Assembly (NCBI GenBank): GCA_020536535.1
Contig: JAHLWZ010000826.1
Span: forward strand, 1-64,000
DNA from: Pelomyxa schiedti
Taxonomy: Eukaryota > Protista > Evosea
Reading direction: 5' to 3'
DNA length: 64,000 nucleotides
In this document: in pieces, positions 12,417 through 23,947 of the stretch
Numbering within the stretch: position 1 is the stretch's first letter
Layout of the letters: each line of letters begins with the position of its first letter
Translations under genes and position numbers: made by a program
The notes under the pieces: model-generated
The model's input: the letters and a program-made list of their open reading frames with translations, nothing else
Told to the model about the DNA's origin: nothing
Database searches by the model: none

Positions 12417-12604
12417 CCTGCCGCGTTCTTGTTGCTGTATTTGTGCGCCCAGCTGCGCTGTGCGCTGATCATTACCTTCGCTGTCTCATTCTGGTAATAG
12501 TCCAGATTCGGCTCAGTCCTCAGTCTCTCCAATCCCGCTAAAGTCCGCCAGACTTCAGAGCCTCGCGAGCAAGGCCGGGTTCGTGTTCTTTGTGGAAGTA
12601 CACA
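12417..12604 (+). repeat. Left arm of a 188-bp inverted repeat
   Basis: Reverse complement of 13553-13740; manual alignment gives 11 mismatches and no gaps. Confidence 0.95.
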
Positions 12605-13552
12605 TTACTATCCCTAGATAACTCATTCAATTGCAGAAAACTCGAAATGATGTGCAAAACTTTGTGGAAGTAGTGCTGATTCCTCTGCGTTGGTGTGCAA
12701 GTCTCCTTGTTGGATGCCTTTCCATGCGCCATGGATCTTGATTGGAAAACAGTGACCTTGTGCAATAGACTGCTGTGGCACCAGAATGGAGTTGCTTGCT
12801 TGACCCCAAGCTTGATGCAAAAGTCGACTAGCTGCCTTGAAAATTACTTCGGTTTGTAAACAATGAAACACAACATTCTGGCTCACTTCCTTCAGGAATG
12901 TCATCAAAGCTACTGCTGATGATGGGGTCAAGGTTTGCTCGAAATGTTGTCTCTTGCTTGCCCAAACCCTTGTGGTGTGCCTAGCTATTCCTGTGTCTGA
13001 CTTTGTCCAATAGGAATCAACTCAATTCGTTATCTTCAAATCAAAGGGTGACCTTGAATTGCAACAATGTGTGTCCAGCATTACTTGAACTCCCAATTTA
13101 GCCTGAAATAATGGGGGAGCTGCTGGGTCCTCTGCAAGGAGTGCCTTGCTCCTGTATGCACCATGATCCACCCAAGACATATTATTATGTCATCATTTCT
13201 CATGGGCAATTTACAGGGCGGCAACAAAAAGATATCTGCTTGGTAGAAAAGTGAAATTCCATAGCAATATTATTAACACAAACAGATTTACAACGAGATT
13301 TGGATGCAAACAACGCAATACAAGGTTTGAAACAATACAGTTTCAAGCATAATTCAAGTTTTAATTGTTAAATAGCTAATGGCTGCGCAGGTTTGTGACA
13401 ATTCATGAGTTATCTGAGCTCAGGGATTCATATTTTCTCCTTCTGTTGGCCTGTTCTCAAACCGGCTCTGTTGGGGCTCTCTGCTCAGCTCAAACTCGCT
13501 GGTAAGCACTTCTTTCATCACATCCACACTCTTCTGCACCCAGATACCATTC

Positions 13553-13740
13553 TGTGTACTTCCACAAAGTACACGAACTCGGCCTTGCTCGCAAGGCTCT
13601 GAAGTCTGGCGCACTTTAGTGGGATTGGGGAGACTGAGGACTGTGCCGAATCTGGACTATTACCAGAATGAGACAGCAAAGGTAATGATCAGTGCACAGT
13701 GCAGCTGGGTGCACAAATACAGCAACAAGAACGCGGCAGG
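13553..13740 (-). repeat. Right arm of the 188-bp inverted repeat
   Basis: Reverse complement of 12417-12604 (177/188 identical). Confidence 0.95.
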
Positions 13741-14500
13741 TGTGTGATTCAGTAGAATACACAAGCAAACTCTCTGCGAGCGCGAGCACGAACACCGAGA
13801 CTGAGAGACTGACCTGCTGAGTCAGCACTCGGACCTGACATCTTAGGAAATCAAGTTCGCGGAAATCTACCTCGAGTTCAAGTTTGAGTATAATAATTAT
13901 ATTAATTATTGATATAATAATATTATTGTCACAACCAGCAACAGTAATGACTTAAAACCAAGGTATTGAGTCAACGTCACACTGAGGACAAGTCACCTCC
14001 AGAGAGACACTGTGCCATCTCAGTACAGCTTGTTATGGGTGACTACAACAGCGTTGCCATGCACATTTAATGTCCTCTGTGCCTGCTGCATGTGTGTTTA
14101 TTTCACAGAAAAAAAGAATTATTTTTCCGGACCAGATTTTTTTTTTTCTGGACCAGGGCACTTTTGGGCAAAAAAAATTCCCCTGAAGGACCGCTGCAGG
14201 ACCAAGCACATTTTCTGGTCCACCCTTTGGGCCAGCTAAATCCAAAAGAGCAGATTTTTCCATCCACCCCCGACTGAGAACAACACTCTGATTCATCAAA
14301 ACAAATTTTTTAGTGTGAGTCCCAAAGTTGTTTTTGGTCCTTATAAGCCCGACACACTCCGACCTTAGAATCACGACTTAAACCTCACAAATCAAAACAA
14401 ACAGAACAAATAATAGAATCCTTTCTTGATCTCATTCTTGTTCTATGCTTTGCTGTCACACAACGAACTACATCCCACAGAAGCACACACAGGCAAAGTT

Positions 14501-14523
14501 TGTGTACTTTGTGGAAGTACACA
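14501..14523. repeat. Hairpin motif tgtgtactt-tgtgg-aagtacaca, third copy (others at the inner ends of both IR arms)
   Basis: Perfect 9-bp stem with a 5-nt loop; near-identical at 12582-12604 and, inverted, at 13553-13575. Confidence 0.8.
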
Positions 14524-15134
14524 AAAGACATGAAAAACCACTTGAACAAAACAGGAGCCATCCACTTAATGTCAATGTCAAATGATCCTTCCAAATTCCC
14601 AAGCCTGTGGGTGCATGGTGGATGTTGTTGGGTGTTGTCAAGCATTCCCCAAGGGGCACTGCTGGGGGCCCAGAACACTGTTCTCAAGAAAAATCGATTT
14701 TCCCCTAATGGTAAAACTGTGTCATCCAACTCAAAGAGATATCCTCCTTGTAATAACAAACAATCCCCTTGTTTTCTCTCATTCTTGTTCTCTGTTTGTC
14801 GTAACACCATGAACTACATCTCACATGACGAATGGCCAGGCACCGCCGCATCCGGAAACCAGGCAGTGCGGTTCGTCCAGCCGCTTGGTTCCACTTGTTT
14901 CCGACCACTCCTTGAAGAGGCGGGTGACCCCGAGCATGTGTGCTGAGACGCCAAGGTACCGAACCTGGGGCTGCGGACCATTTGTTGGCAAACAGACCCT
15001 GTTAATGATCATTAATTCAGTTTTCCCTTTTAAGGCTTTTTTTCACAAGTTTTGTTGTTGTGGGTCTTGTGGTGCTGTGGTATTGACTATCGTGTGATGT
15101 TAAAATTAAGTTCAGAGAGTCAAAGATGAACATA

Positions 15135-16760
15135 TTAAAGTGCTTGGATACGCCACTGGAATCTGTCAGCATTGTCAGCCTCAATACCGCGTGTTGTGCT
15201 CCCACCATAGGCTTGCCTGTCCCCATCTCTGTCTGGATTCCAGCCCACCTTCAGGTACATATTAAACATCCTAATTGATATATGAGTCGGTGGCGTCATT
15301 CTGTATACACACACCGGTTTTGGATTGTCACACTTCCATTACTGTTGAGTCTGAAAAGCCAGTGGAAGCGGGTTGCATTGCCTGGTTCAATTCCACGGTC
15401 CGTGCTGCCACCGAACGCCCCCCGGTCGCCATCACAATCTGTATGCCACTCCAACTTCAGGGGCATGCCAAAGCGCCTGTTCTCTAGTGTGAAGTATTTG
15501 CCATTCTCCACTGGCCGTGGCATCCACTCAAACCGGTCGTGGTTGGACTCTTCATATCGGGCGGCATAAGCCGCTCGATCGCCATCTCGATCCGTGTGCC
15601 ACTCCAGCTTGAGTGGCGCAGAAAATCGGCACTGTTGCAACCTGATGTGTGACCCACGGAGTATTAATTGAACTGCATCTGGGAAATAGCTGATAAGGGG
15701 CTGGCCTTGCAGTTCATAGCCAAGCTGGAAAGCGCGGTTCTCCGTTGCAGCAGAGATTACCTTCTGTATGGCCGTCAACTCCTGGTTGGCTTGTAGCTCA
15801 ATAAGAATCCTGCTGGCCTGTGGCCTAGGTTGGTTGTGGCGCCAAAGCACCCCCTTTGCACAGAAACATAACAGAACAAAGCAAAGCATACAATTAATAT
15901 ACCTTGGAGTAGTCATCCCTTTGGATGGCGAAGCTGGCAATATCCACCAAAGCTGAAGTGCTTATGTAGATGAGGTACCATGGGTTCACTGGGAACCAGG
16001 TTAACGAAAGTAACATTATGACACAACTTGTCTTTGTCTGTAGCAATGCAATTTCATTGAGCGGAGGATCAAGTGGTGCTGAAAAATAGCAAAAGTGCTT
16101 TTCTTTTAGAGCCTGCTCTAAGTTTTTGATGTCCACAGATCTTCTCTCAAACCCAAACGCAATAACTTTTCCTTGTGGATGTACAAGTCGTGCTATATCC
16201 TTTGGGGTACAGTATAAGAAAAAGAGCAACTTTCAAGTCCATACCTTGGCACATAACTCTGTTATTGGTGCTCCCATCACGGTTACACACCTAGTAGTCC
16301 TGTCACCCAAGTAAGGCTCAGTGGAGACATTTGTGTAGTCCTGTGTAGGAACGCGGTTTGGGATTTTTCTGCCCTTGTCTGGGCCGTTGGAAACGAGTTG
16401 GAACTGGTGGTTGACATTGTAGGCATTACGAAACCCAGTTACAATGCCATCATATATTCTGCCTTCACCCCAGTAATCCACATGATCAATGTCGCATGTG
16501 ATCCGAGTTATTAGTCTATTGCCGATCCAAGGTAAGTCAGAATACGGAAAGCTTAATTCTGAAGTGAGAAGGGTTTAAAACGGTGGGTAAAAGGCAATAA
16601 GTACTTCAGATTCGTGTTCGTGCTGTAGTTTGGAAGTGCAGCGCTGTTCCAGCCGTTTTGGTTCGATGATGCCTATGAGGTACCATGACCGGCACCAACA
16701 AAAAAAAACGTTGCTTACTTTGTCAGAGGGAGTAACGCCCCACATTAACGGATCCATCAT
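15135..16760 (-). CDS. ENF-peptide-binding-protein-like / 30K lipoprotein (Lipoprotein_11)-like protein, multi-exon; 5' end uncertain
   Basis: N-terminal DYWGEG...TGFRNAYNVNHQFQLVSNGPDKGRKIPNRVP...VMGAPI...IARLVHPQGKVIAFG. Helical part AFQLGYELQGQPLISYFPDAVQLILRGSHIRL. Three beta-trefoil-type repeats xNRxFxxPLKLxWxxDxDGDRxAxG...FxW; the third appears after splicing 15344-15301 approx. TAA at 15135-15137. Confidence 0.75.
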
Positions 16761-17323
16761 TTGTTGGTTGTACTGGAAGATGACACGAGAACCAGATTTT
16801 TAAAAAAACAAAGGCGAGCTGACGCAGATCATTGGCTCTTCGTGCAACTTGGGAACTCGCTCTACAAACCAAGTTGGTGCCCACACCTTCGATTCGAGCC
16901 CGGAACCAAGTAGGTTCGTCGACTGGGGACTCAGAGATTTCATGGTTTTTTTCCTCCGGAAGCAGACACGGCAACAGAAAAACAATTTGTGTGATTGTTC
17001 CTACACTGAACACCCAGGGGTGCTGTGCACCCAATAGAATGCGCATCAGCACAAAACGACACACTTTGGTACTGCATTAGAAACCGCCACAACGGACCCG
17101 ACATCAACTTGGTTTCGGCTTGTTGCACCTGTTACGAACCATCAATGTCAAATGTCGCGAAAGTTGTTAATGTTGATGGGGTTTCCTTGTTTGGACTCCA
17201 ACACACTGTAATGAAAAGTCGTTTTCAAACCACTGTCCTTACCGTCGCCCGTCTCGCGGTCTGGTTTTTTTTTATTCTGCCGGTTGGTTTCGTTGTTGTG
17301 GTTTGTTTACAGTAACCATAAAC

Positions 17324-20300
17324 ATGGGGGATGGAACATGGCATCTCTCGGACTTGGTTGACTTCTTCCCCCGCGGGCTTGCAAAGCGGAATCCACGACA
17401 GGGCCCTCCCCTTCGGCCAAATTTCGGTGAGATGACAATCGAGCACGCCAACGACACCAAAAGGGTCGTCATCGTTGGGGGGCCTCCTGCTCTCCGAGCG
17501 GGACTGCTGAAATGCCTGGTGGAGGAGTCCACAAACCCTTCAAACTGAAGCGGAAGGGGTATGAGGCTTCCACTTGGACAGCATGGGAATTGGGTTTGTG
17601 AATCTTCATGCTCCACTAATCTTTCTCTTCTCTCTCTAACGTTACACCAACAACAAAAGGGGGGAGCGATGAGGACTGGGACCCATTTTACCCTTGCTTC
17701 TTTTTCAGTGACTCCGTATTCATGCTTGTTTTTGATGGTTCAGGTGCAAACATTCACCTGCCACTTCCCAAATTGCACTTCTGGCTCCATCAAATTGTTG
17801 AATGCCACAACAGCAAGAGAACCAGTTTCCGTTCTGGTCCCCCCAAGGTGCTAATTGTTGGATGTTATCTTACAGGGGACTCCTTCTGTGCAGCATTGAA
17901 AGGCTTCCTCTCCCCCTTGATAAGTCACTGGGAATCGAGAATTACTTTCTGTGGGTGCCTTGCAATAGACTTGGGTAACCCTGGCTGGGGCTACACCTAC
18001 GATGACAAGCGGTATGCAGAGGGAAAAGAAGCCAGCAATATTATAAGGTGTATCAGTGATGCACTTGAAAGCAGCACCAGCCGGGCCCCATACTTTGTTC
18101 CACCAAGCTGGGTGAAACTGCAAGGCGTCCTGACCTCAATGGCAAAAACACACCCATTCATTCCAAGATGGTCTCAATTGATCAGAGTGGCAGGTGAATG
18201 TGGAGTGGGGAGAACCACTGGAAAACAAAGCCAGCACAATGAGCAAGAGGAAATGGTGATGTGCTTTGACTGGCTGTTAGCGACAGGTTCCATTTTCCAC
18301 TTTAGACACAGGTCGACTTCAGGCAAACCTTGCGGCGCAGTACCAGGTATAGACAACGAGATTGTGGTTTTGAATCCATCCTGGTTCACCGAGTCCAGAT
18401 CCGCGATGAAGGCAACTGTTCTGAGAGACTTGACTGGCTCCATGTTTTTGACATGTGAAGGGCAAATGGCAACGTGGTTGGACACCCTTGGACGACCACA
18501 CACCTCATCAGTCTTTTCCCCTTGCCCTCCAGACATCGATTCGTTCTGGAATATGAATAAGATCAGAGCAATTCATGCCTGCGTTCTTCCCTTTGGATTT
18601 CTTCCTGCCGAGGAATTTGCTTCAATCCTTTGTTCACTGTGTGTAGCCCCTAATTCCACTCCAACAATGATTTGGAAGGATGGACTGGTGATGTCCAAAT
18701 ATGAAAAAACTGAAGTGTTCCACTTGCTGATGAACCGTGTTGTGGACAAAGCGACAGGGTACACAAAAGTCGAGATTACCATGAAAACATCCTGCCCAGA
18801 GGGAACAACAAAGCAAATCAACTGGAAGAACAACCCAATGACCTCTGCCATTTATTTGCTCAGGAGAACAGCTCGCTCAATGACTGGGAATCCTTCATTG
18901 GATCCCTTGTTCGTTTGCCCAAAGTGCTGGTTTTACATCGACTTCGGTCCAGACTGGGGATCAAGGTTTGGTTCTCCTTTGGGTGAAGGTCCCCACAGTT
19001 TCACTTCTCACAAAGAGATCATCAACGCAGTGACGGAGCATAAAGCTACGACCGTGTCCTGCTGCAGGAATCATAAACATGTGGAATTCTCCGACGTTGT
19101 TCCAGAAGATTTCTTTAACCCTCCTCCACCTCCCATCAGCAGCACCACAAATGCTGATGAAAAACACTTCCCAGCTTTGTACTGCAAGTATTCCAATTTT
19201 GATGACAGTGAGCCAGATCGTGAAGCTGTGAACTACCTTTTCACACCAGAATCCACCACATTGAGACACATTCCAGACCACAACAATGTGGCCAAGTTCT
19301 TTGGTTTGGCACTGCACAATGGCACATCACTGTTGGGATATCCTGAGTCCATCCCGCCGGATTGCCAGACCACTCACTTGCTTCCCTCAACGTTGAGCAC
19401 ACACCGTGTCGTTTCTTTGGCAGAACTGCTGAAAGTGTTGTGCATCGACCATTCTTCTTCTGCCGGTAACTTCCAACAAGGAGGAGCGTTGGAGGAAGTT
19501 CTCCCAATGTACTTGAGGGAAAAGATACTGTTCGATGTTGCACATGGACTGGAGCACCTGCACAGCCAGTATCCTCCAATTGTTCATGGTGACGTTCACA
19601 TTGGTTTGTCGAGTGTCCCCCCACTCACTCTTCTTCTTCCTTGGGATTCACTTCCAACAGGAAACGTGTTGATCACTTCATTGGATCCGAATGGATCAGG
19701 CCCTTTGGCAAAGGTTTCTTCTACCCAGATCATGCAAATAACCTCAGCAACATGAAGATCACATATGGGAGACTCCCCCATTGTGAGAGTGGCACTGTAG
19801 AAACACCAGAGTCCATACTGCGAAAGAGCACCCTCTTCAGCACTCATGGTGATGTGTGGAATTTCGGTATTTTGTCCCTCCCTTTGCCTTTCTCACAGCC
19901 ACAATACAAGGAATTCTTGTTCACAACGTTGTTGCACCACAATCCTCTGTTGCGCTCAAATCGGCACCCGCCGGCAACAAAAAAAATTTTGCACTCCCGC
20001 TGAACATAGCTGCTGCAACCAATCCCGGTAATTTCCATCTCCCTTTCCCCTTTCCATTAGTCACATTCCAGTTCCGGGTATCTAACACACCACAGGATCC
20101 AAATTGAAATGGATTGATAGGCTCGACGTTTGCCGTGCACTCGCCAGTGGCGAATTTGTTCTTGACATTGCCCACTGCACCACCACATCACCGGCAGCAC
20201 CGAAAAAATCAACACCGTCATCCTTATCGTCAGTCGCCAAAAACAGAATCAGGAAGGCAGCTGCAACAGTTCCCAGTTATCCATTGCCATTTTGGGCACG

Positions 20301-20400
20301 CCAGGTGCTTTCATGGTGCCTCGTTGCTGACCCATTGGACAGGCCTTCAATGACCGGCATCAATCATGCTTGGGGATACATAAAATTCACCAACAGTTGA
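17324..20400 (+). CDS. Roco-like protein: degenerate Roc-type P-loop region, COR-like domain, C-terminal probable pseudokinase
   Basis: RVVIVGGPP..RAGLLKCL; COR-like FVPPSWVKL, IVVLNPSWF, PFGFLP. Kinase motifs after splicing two introns: EKILFDVAHGLEHLHSQYPPIVHGDVHIG|NVLI...AK|ITYG...ETPE...GDVWNFGIL, and CLVADPLDRPSM. Confidence 0.65.
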
Positions 20401-21951
20401 AATTCGTAGTGATTTGGCAAGATAATTACTAATTGTAAGGTTTTTTGAATTTGAACAACTTCAATGGCAGGGTGAAACATGAGGTTCGTGTCATGCCCCC
20501 ACGGACTGTCAGGCTCATTCTCTCAACATCATACTTTGGCAGCAGCGAAAATGACGCACTCCAAGAGATAACTCTTCCAACTTATCAAACAAGAAATTCC
20601 GGCACGAAGGTAACGCCACAGAAATTGAGTTCTCACTGCATGACGGAGTCACTGGATGTCGCATTGGGGGTGCATGCTGGGAGGTACTCATGTTCCTGTA
20701 CATTCTACTTCATTGGCTTCAGTTGTTTCTAACAACATAAGCAAAAGGTAAAAAGAAGTTGAGGACATTTACCTAACGAAGAAGTGCTTTGAAAGCTCTG
20801 CAGAATTGTGTAGTCCCAGGACTCCTCTGACTGCTGCTAGCGTGGTACATGAGTCAATTAACACACAAAAAAAAAAGGACTGATACCTGAGGAGGTGCTG
20901 CACCTCATGTATCCCTCCTTTTTTTTTTTTTTTGTGTGCTAAATGAACTCGAGAAGAATACAAGGTCTGCACCAAGCCGCTCTGCCTTGCTTGCCAGTGT
21001 AAGGGTCGTCGTCGGCACCACGGCCACCACCACATAACCTTCGGAATTGGCACACCCATCCTTCATCACTCCCCTCACAGTAAAACGCCACACACATCCA
21101 ACATCGTCAGTATCACCAGCCTCTTCATCTTACTTGAATTTGAACAAAAAGTTATTATCTTCACATATCCAATGGGTACCTGCGCAGTCTGCAAACAACC
21201 AACCTACTCTTGAGTAGTGCGCTAAGCGCTGACCCTCCAGAGATTGGAGGTTATCAGAAATCTGCTCTTTTTTTTTCCTTTTGAAACTCTTGTTGATGGC
21301 TCTTTCATATTATGCCAAAGTTGCAGCAAATTGAAAGAAGAAGATCATTAACATCCTCACAACTCGTCTGGTTTGGAATGCAATATCAGGTGGCACTGTG
21401 CTCAGAAACAGCTCCTAATTGGGATCTCTGTGCTGCCAGCAAAGAATCCTCCTCCTCCATCTCCACAAAGGCAGCAACTTACACACACATCCTCTGCAGC
21501 TGGCTCCATAGGTTCGACCAATGCACACTCTCTTTGATCCTGATCGGCGCTCCACTTTGCGTTTTTCGCAGCTGTCGCAGCTTTTTTCGCGGATTTGATC
21601 AAATCTGATCGCTGTCTTCTAACCTAACCCGCTAAACAACAAAACTTTATTTCCATTCTAAAACTTCGAATTTTTCGAAGGTGGGGGGTCTAGCCCATTG
21701 GATATTTACATGGGAATGCAAGGTTCTGTTTGGTGAGGTGGGACATGGATATAATGTCATGCACATCCGGCCTAGCAGCATCCTATAACGAGGTGTTAGA
21801 ATGATACTAATTGTTGGTGTGAAGTGGAATGACCAGTCTCCAGATCAACTGTGGTTGTTAATCCTCTGTGTGCATCATTAACCCTTTCATTTGTGAGAGA
21901 GTGGTTCATTTGGTGCAAACGTGTGTGAGAATTTGTGTGGCGACGGGACGA

Positions 21952-23540
21952 TTACTTTGTGGAAATGGTTACGGCATCACTCCCTGGACTGTTTTTCCTG
22001 TGCGTTATAGCCTCTCTGACGACAGAATCGAATATTTGTTGAACGTTGTCCCCTGTCTTGGCGGAACACTTCATGAACCTAAATTCGTGGTCGGCACACC
22101 ATTTCTTCACAACATGTTCATCAACCTAACTGTTAATGAGTGCAACGGAATTTTCAGGGACAGTACAAACCACTTCCTCAAGGTCAGATTTATTCCCGAC
22201 CACAAAGAACAGCACGGATTTTGTATCCAGCAATTCTTGTGCCATCTCAAAGTGGGCTCTCAAGCCACCAAATGATTGGCGATCCGACAAATCATACACA
22301 AGAAGCGCAGCATTGGCACCTGGGGGGAAAGATAAGCTTGGATCAGGATGAAATGATTGAAACCGTGAAAGTAAAGTCTTGACAGCTTCGCGTGTTGTTC
22401 TTGACCTTGTTGACATTTATGTCACATGGATCCAGAGTATCAGGAAAGATATACCCGCAGTATCCCACACTTCAACAATTTGATGAACGCCCTCACAGTC
22501 AAATGGTACTGTGCAAAAATCAACACCAACTGTAGGCTGTGATACACTTGCGTTATGCACAATAATTAGAGACGTGTTTAGACCACCTTGTATGGCACGT
22601 CCACGTTATTCTTCGAAAGTCTTCTTGCAATCGTGTCCTTTCCGCAACTGTGCACAAAGTTAAATTAAAAATAAACAAAGACAAGAACAACGCACCCAGA
22701 TGGTCCAATCAGTATCAATTTCAAATGTTCATTGACAGGTTTTGGGGTGACTGTGTTATGGGCTGAATATCTTATACGGATTGCATCCATAAGAATAGAG
22801 TCGAAAATCTGTTGAAGATTGTCTGCTGTTCTGGCACAGCACGTGATGTGCGTGTAGCCGTGATTGTCACACCAAGCTTCAATAACATGGTCCTGAACCT
22901 GAGTGTTCTGTTAATTATAAGAAATCTGGGATGAATAAGACATACTTGTTCAGTGTCAGAAATGAGCCCAATCACATAGAAAACCGCAGGTGTTTTGCCC
23001 AGCACTTCTTGAGCAATCTCAAAGTAAGACCTCAGCCCATCAAATGATTGGTGATCAGATGCATCATAGACAAGCATAACAGCGTCCGCACCTTGATTCA
23101 TACGTGAATACAAGCAAAGGGAAAGAAAAATGAACCGTGGAAGTACAGTCTTGAAGACATTGGGTGCTGCTCTTGACCTGAAAAATTCCAGTTACGCTGC
23201 ACAACATATAATCACATCAGGAAAAATACCACAAGTATTCCACACTTGAACCGTTTGATGAATTCCACCGTGGTCAAACGGCACCGTGCAAAAATCAGCA
23301 CAATCAACAGTGGGCTACCATATATATGAAATCACGTAGTTAGGCATAATAACAGGAAATTGGAGCACAAGTGCACCCAGATACCTCAATTGAGAGAGGT
23401 TCCCTCCCCAACAGTCTTCTGAAAATCATGTACTTTCCAGCACTGTTATTATTATGTGCAATTAGAGTGAAATTGGTTTGCCACTCTCTTCCTTTCCACA
23501 ATGAAACACACCCGCACGGTCCCATCAATATCAATTTCAA
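21952..23540 (-). CDS. Protein with two tandem Ras/Rab-like GTPase domains, multi-exon; 5' end unresolved
   Basis: Domain 1: LILMGPCG|AGKY, VQVWNTCG, VMLVYD, VIGLISD, TCCART. In-frame linker ...IFDSILMDAIRIRYSAHNTVTPKPVNEHLK. Domain 2: LILIGPSG|CGKD, PTVGVDF, VWDTAG, GNKSDL, CSAKTG. Confidence 0.75.
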
Positions 23541-23947
23541 GTCATCGTCCCGAGACGGCTACGTTGCCGTTGCCATTCAACAAGTGCCTGAGAGTACAAA
23601 ATTTGACAGGACCCGGTCCGACTGCCACCCACACCATAAAGAAAAACATTACAAAAATTAGGCAAGGGTGTTGGAAGCAATAAAACAGCTCCCCCTAATT
23701 CACAATGGGTCATGTTCTCTTCTATTAAATGAGCAGCATAAAGATGGAGTCGGATCCTGTTTGGCCTCCGACAGGACACAAACTGTGGAATTGTGATGTT
23801 TTTTATGTTGCTGGAACTGAAGATAAAGAAAGGACGAGATGCCGAGTTCAAATTGTAACGAATTAAGTTTTTATTTTCAGCTGAAGGGTAGACAATAACA
23901 ACACAAACTGACATTAACAATGAAGAAGGGATAGCCTTCTTCAAGAT

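Noticed and set aside
12620-13200. Possible Pif1-helicase remnant inside the inverted repeat (APPLFQAKLGVQVML on the minus strand)
   Set aside because: Only one short motif resembles Pif1 (LKVGAQVML); the other motifs are absent or out of order, and stops intervene.
13893-13930. AT-only palindromic patch (aataatta-tat-taattatt)
   Set aside because: Low-complexity AT sequence forms such stems by chance.
14100-14230. Cluster of GGACCA/TGGTCC motifs with A/T runs, resembling transposon subterminal repeats
   Set aside because: No matching second end or TSD in the window.
20500-21200. Possible small minus-strand gene or extra GTPase copy downstream of the tandem GTPase gene
   Set aside because: No GTPase motifs and no consistent exon chain could be built.
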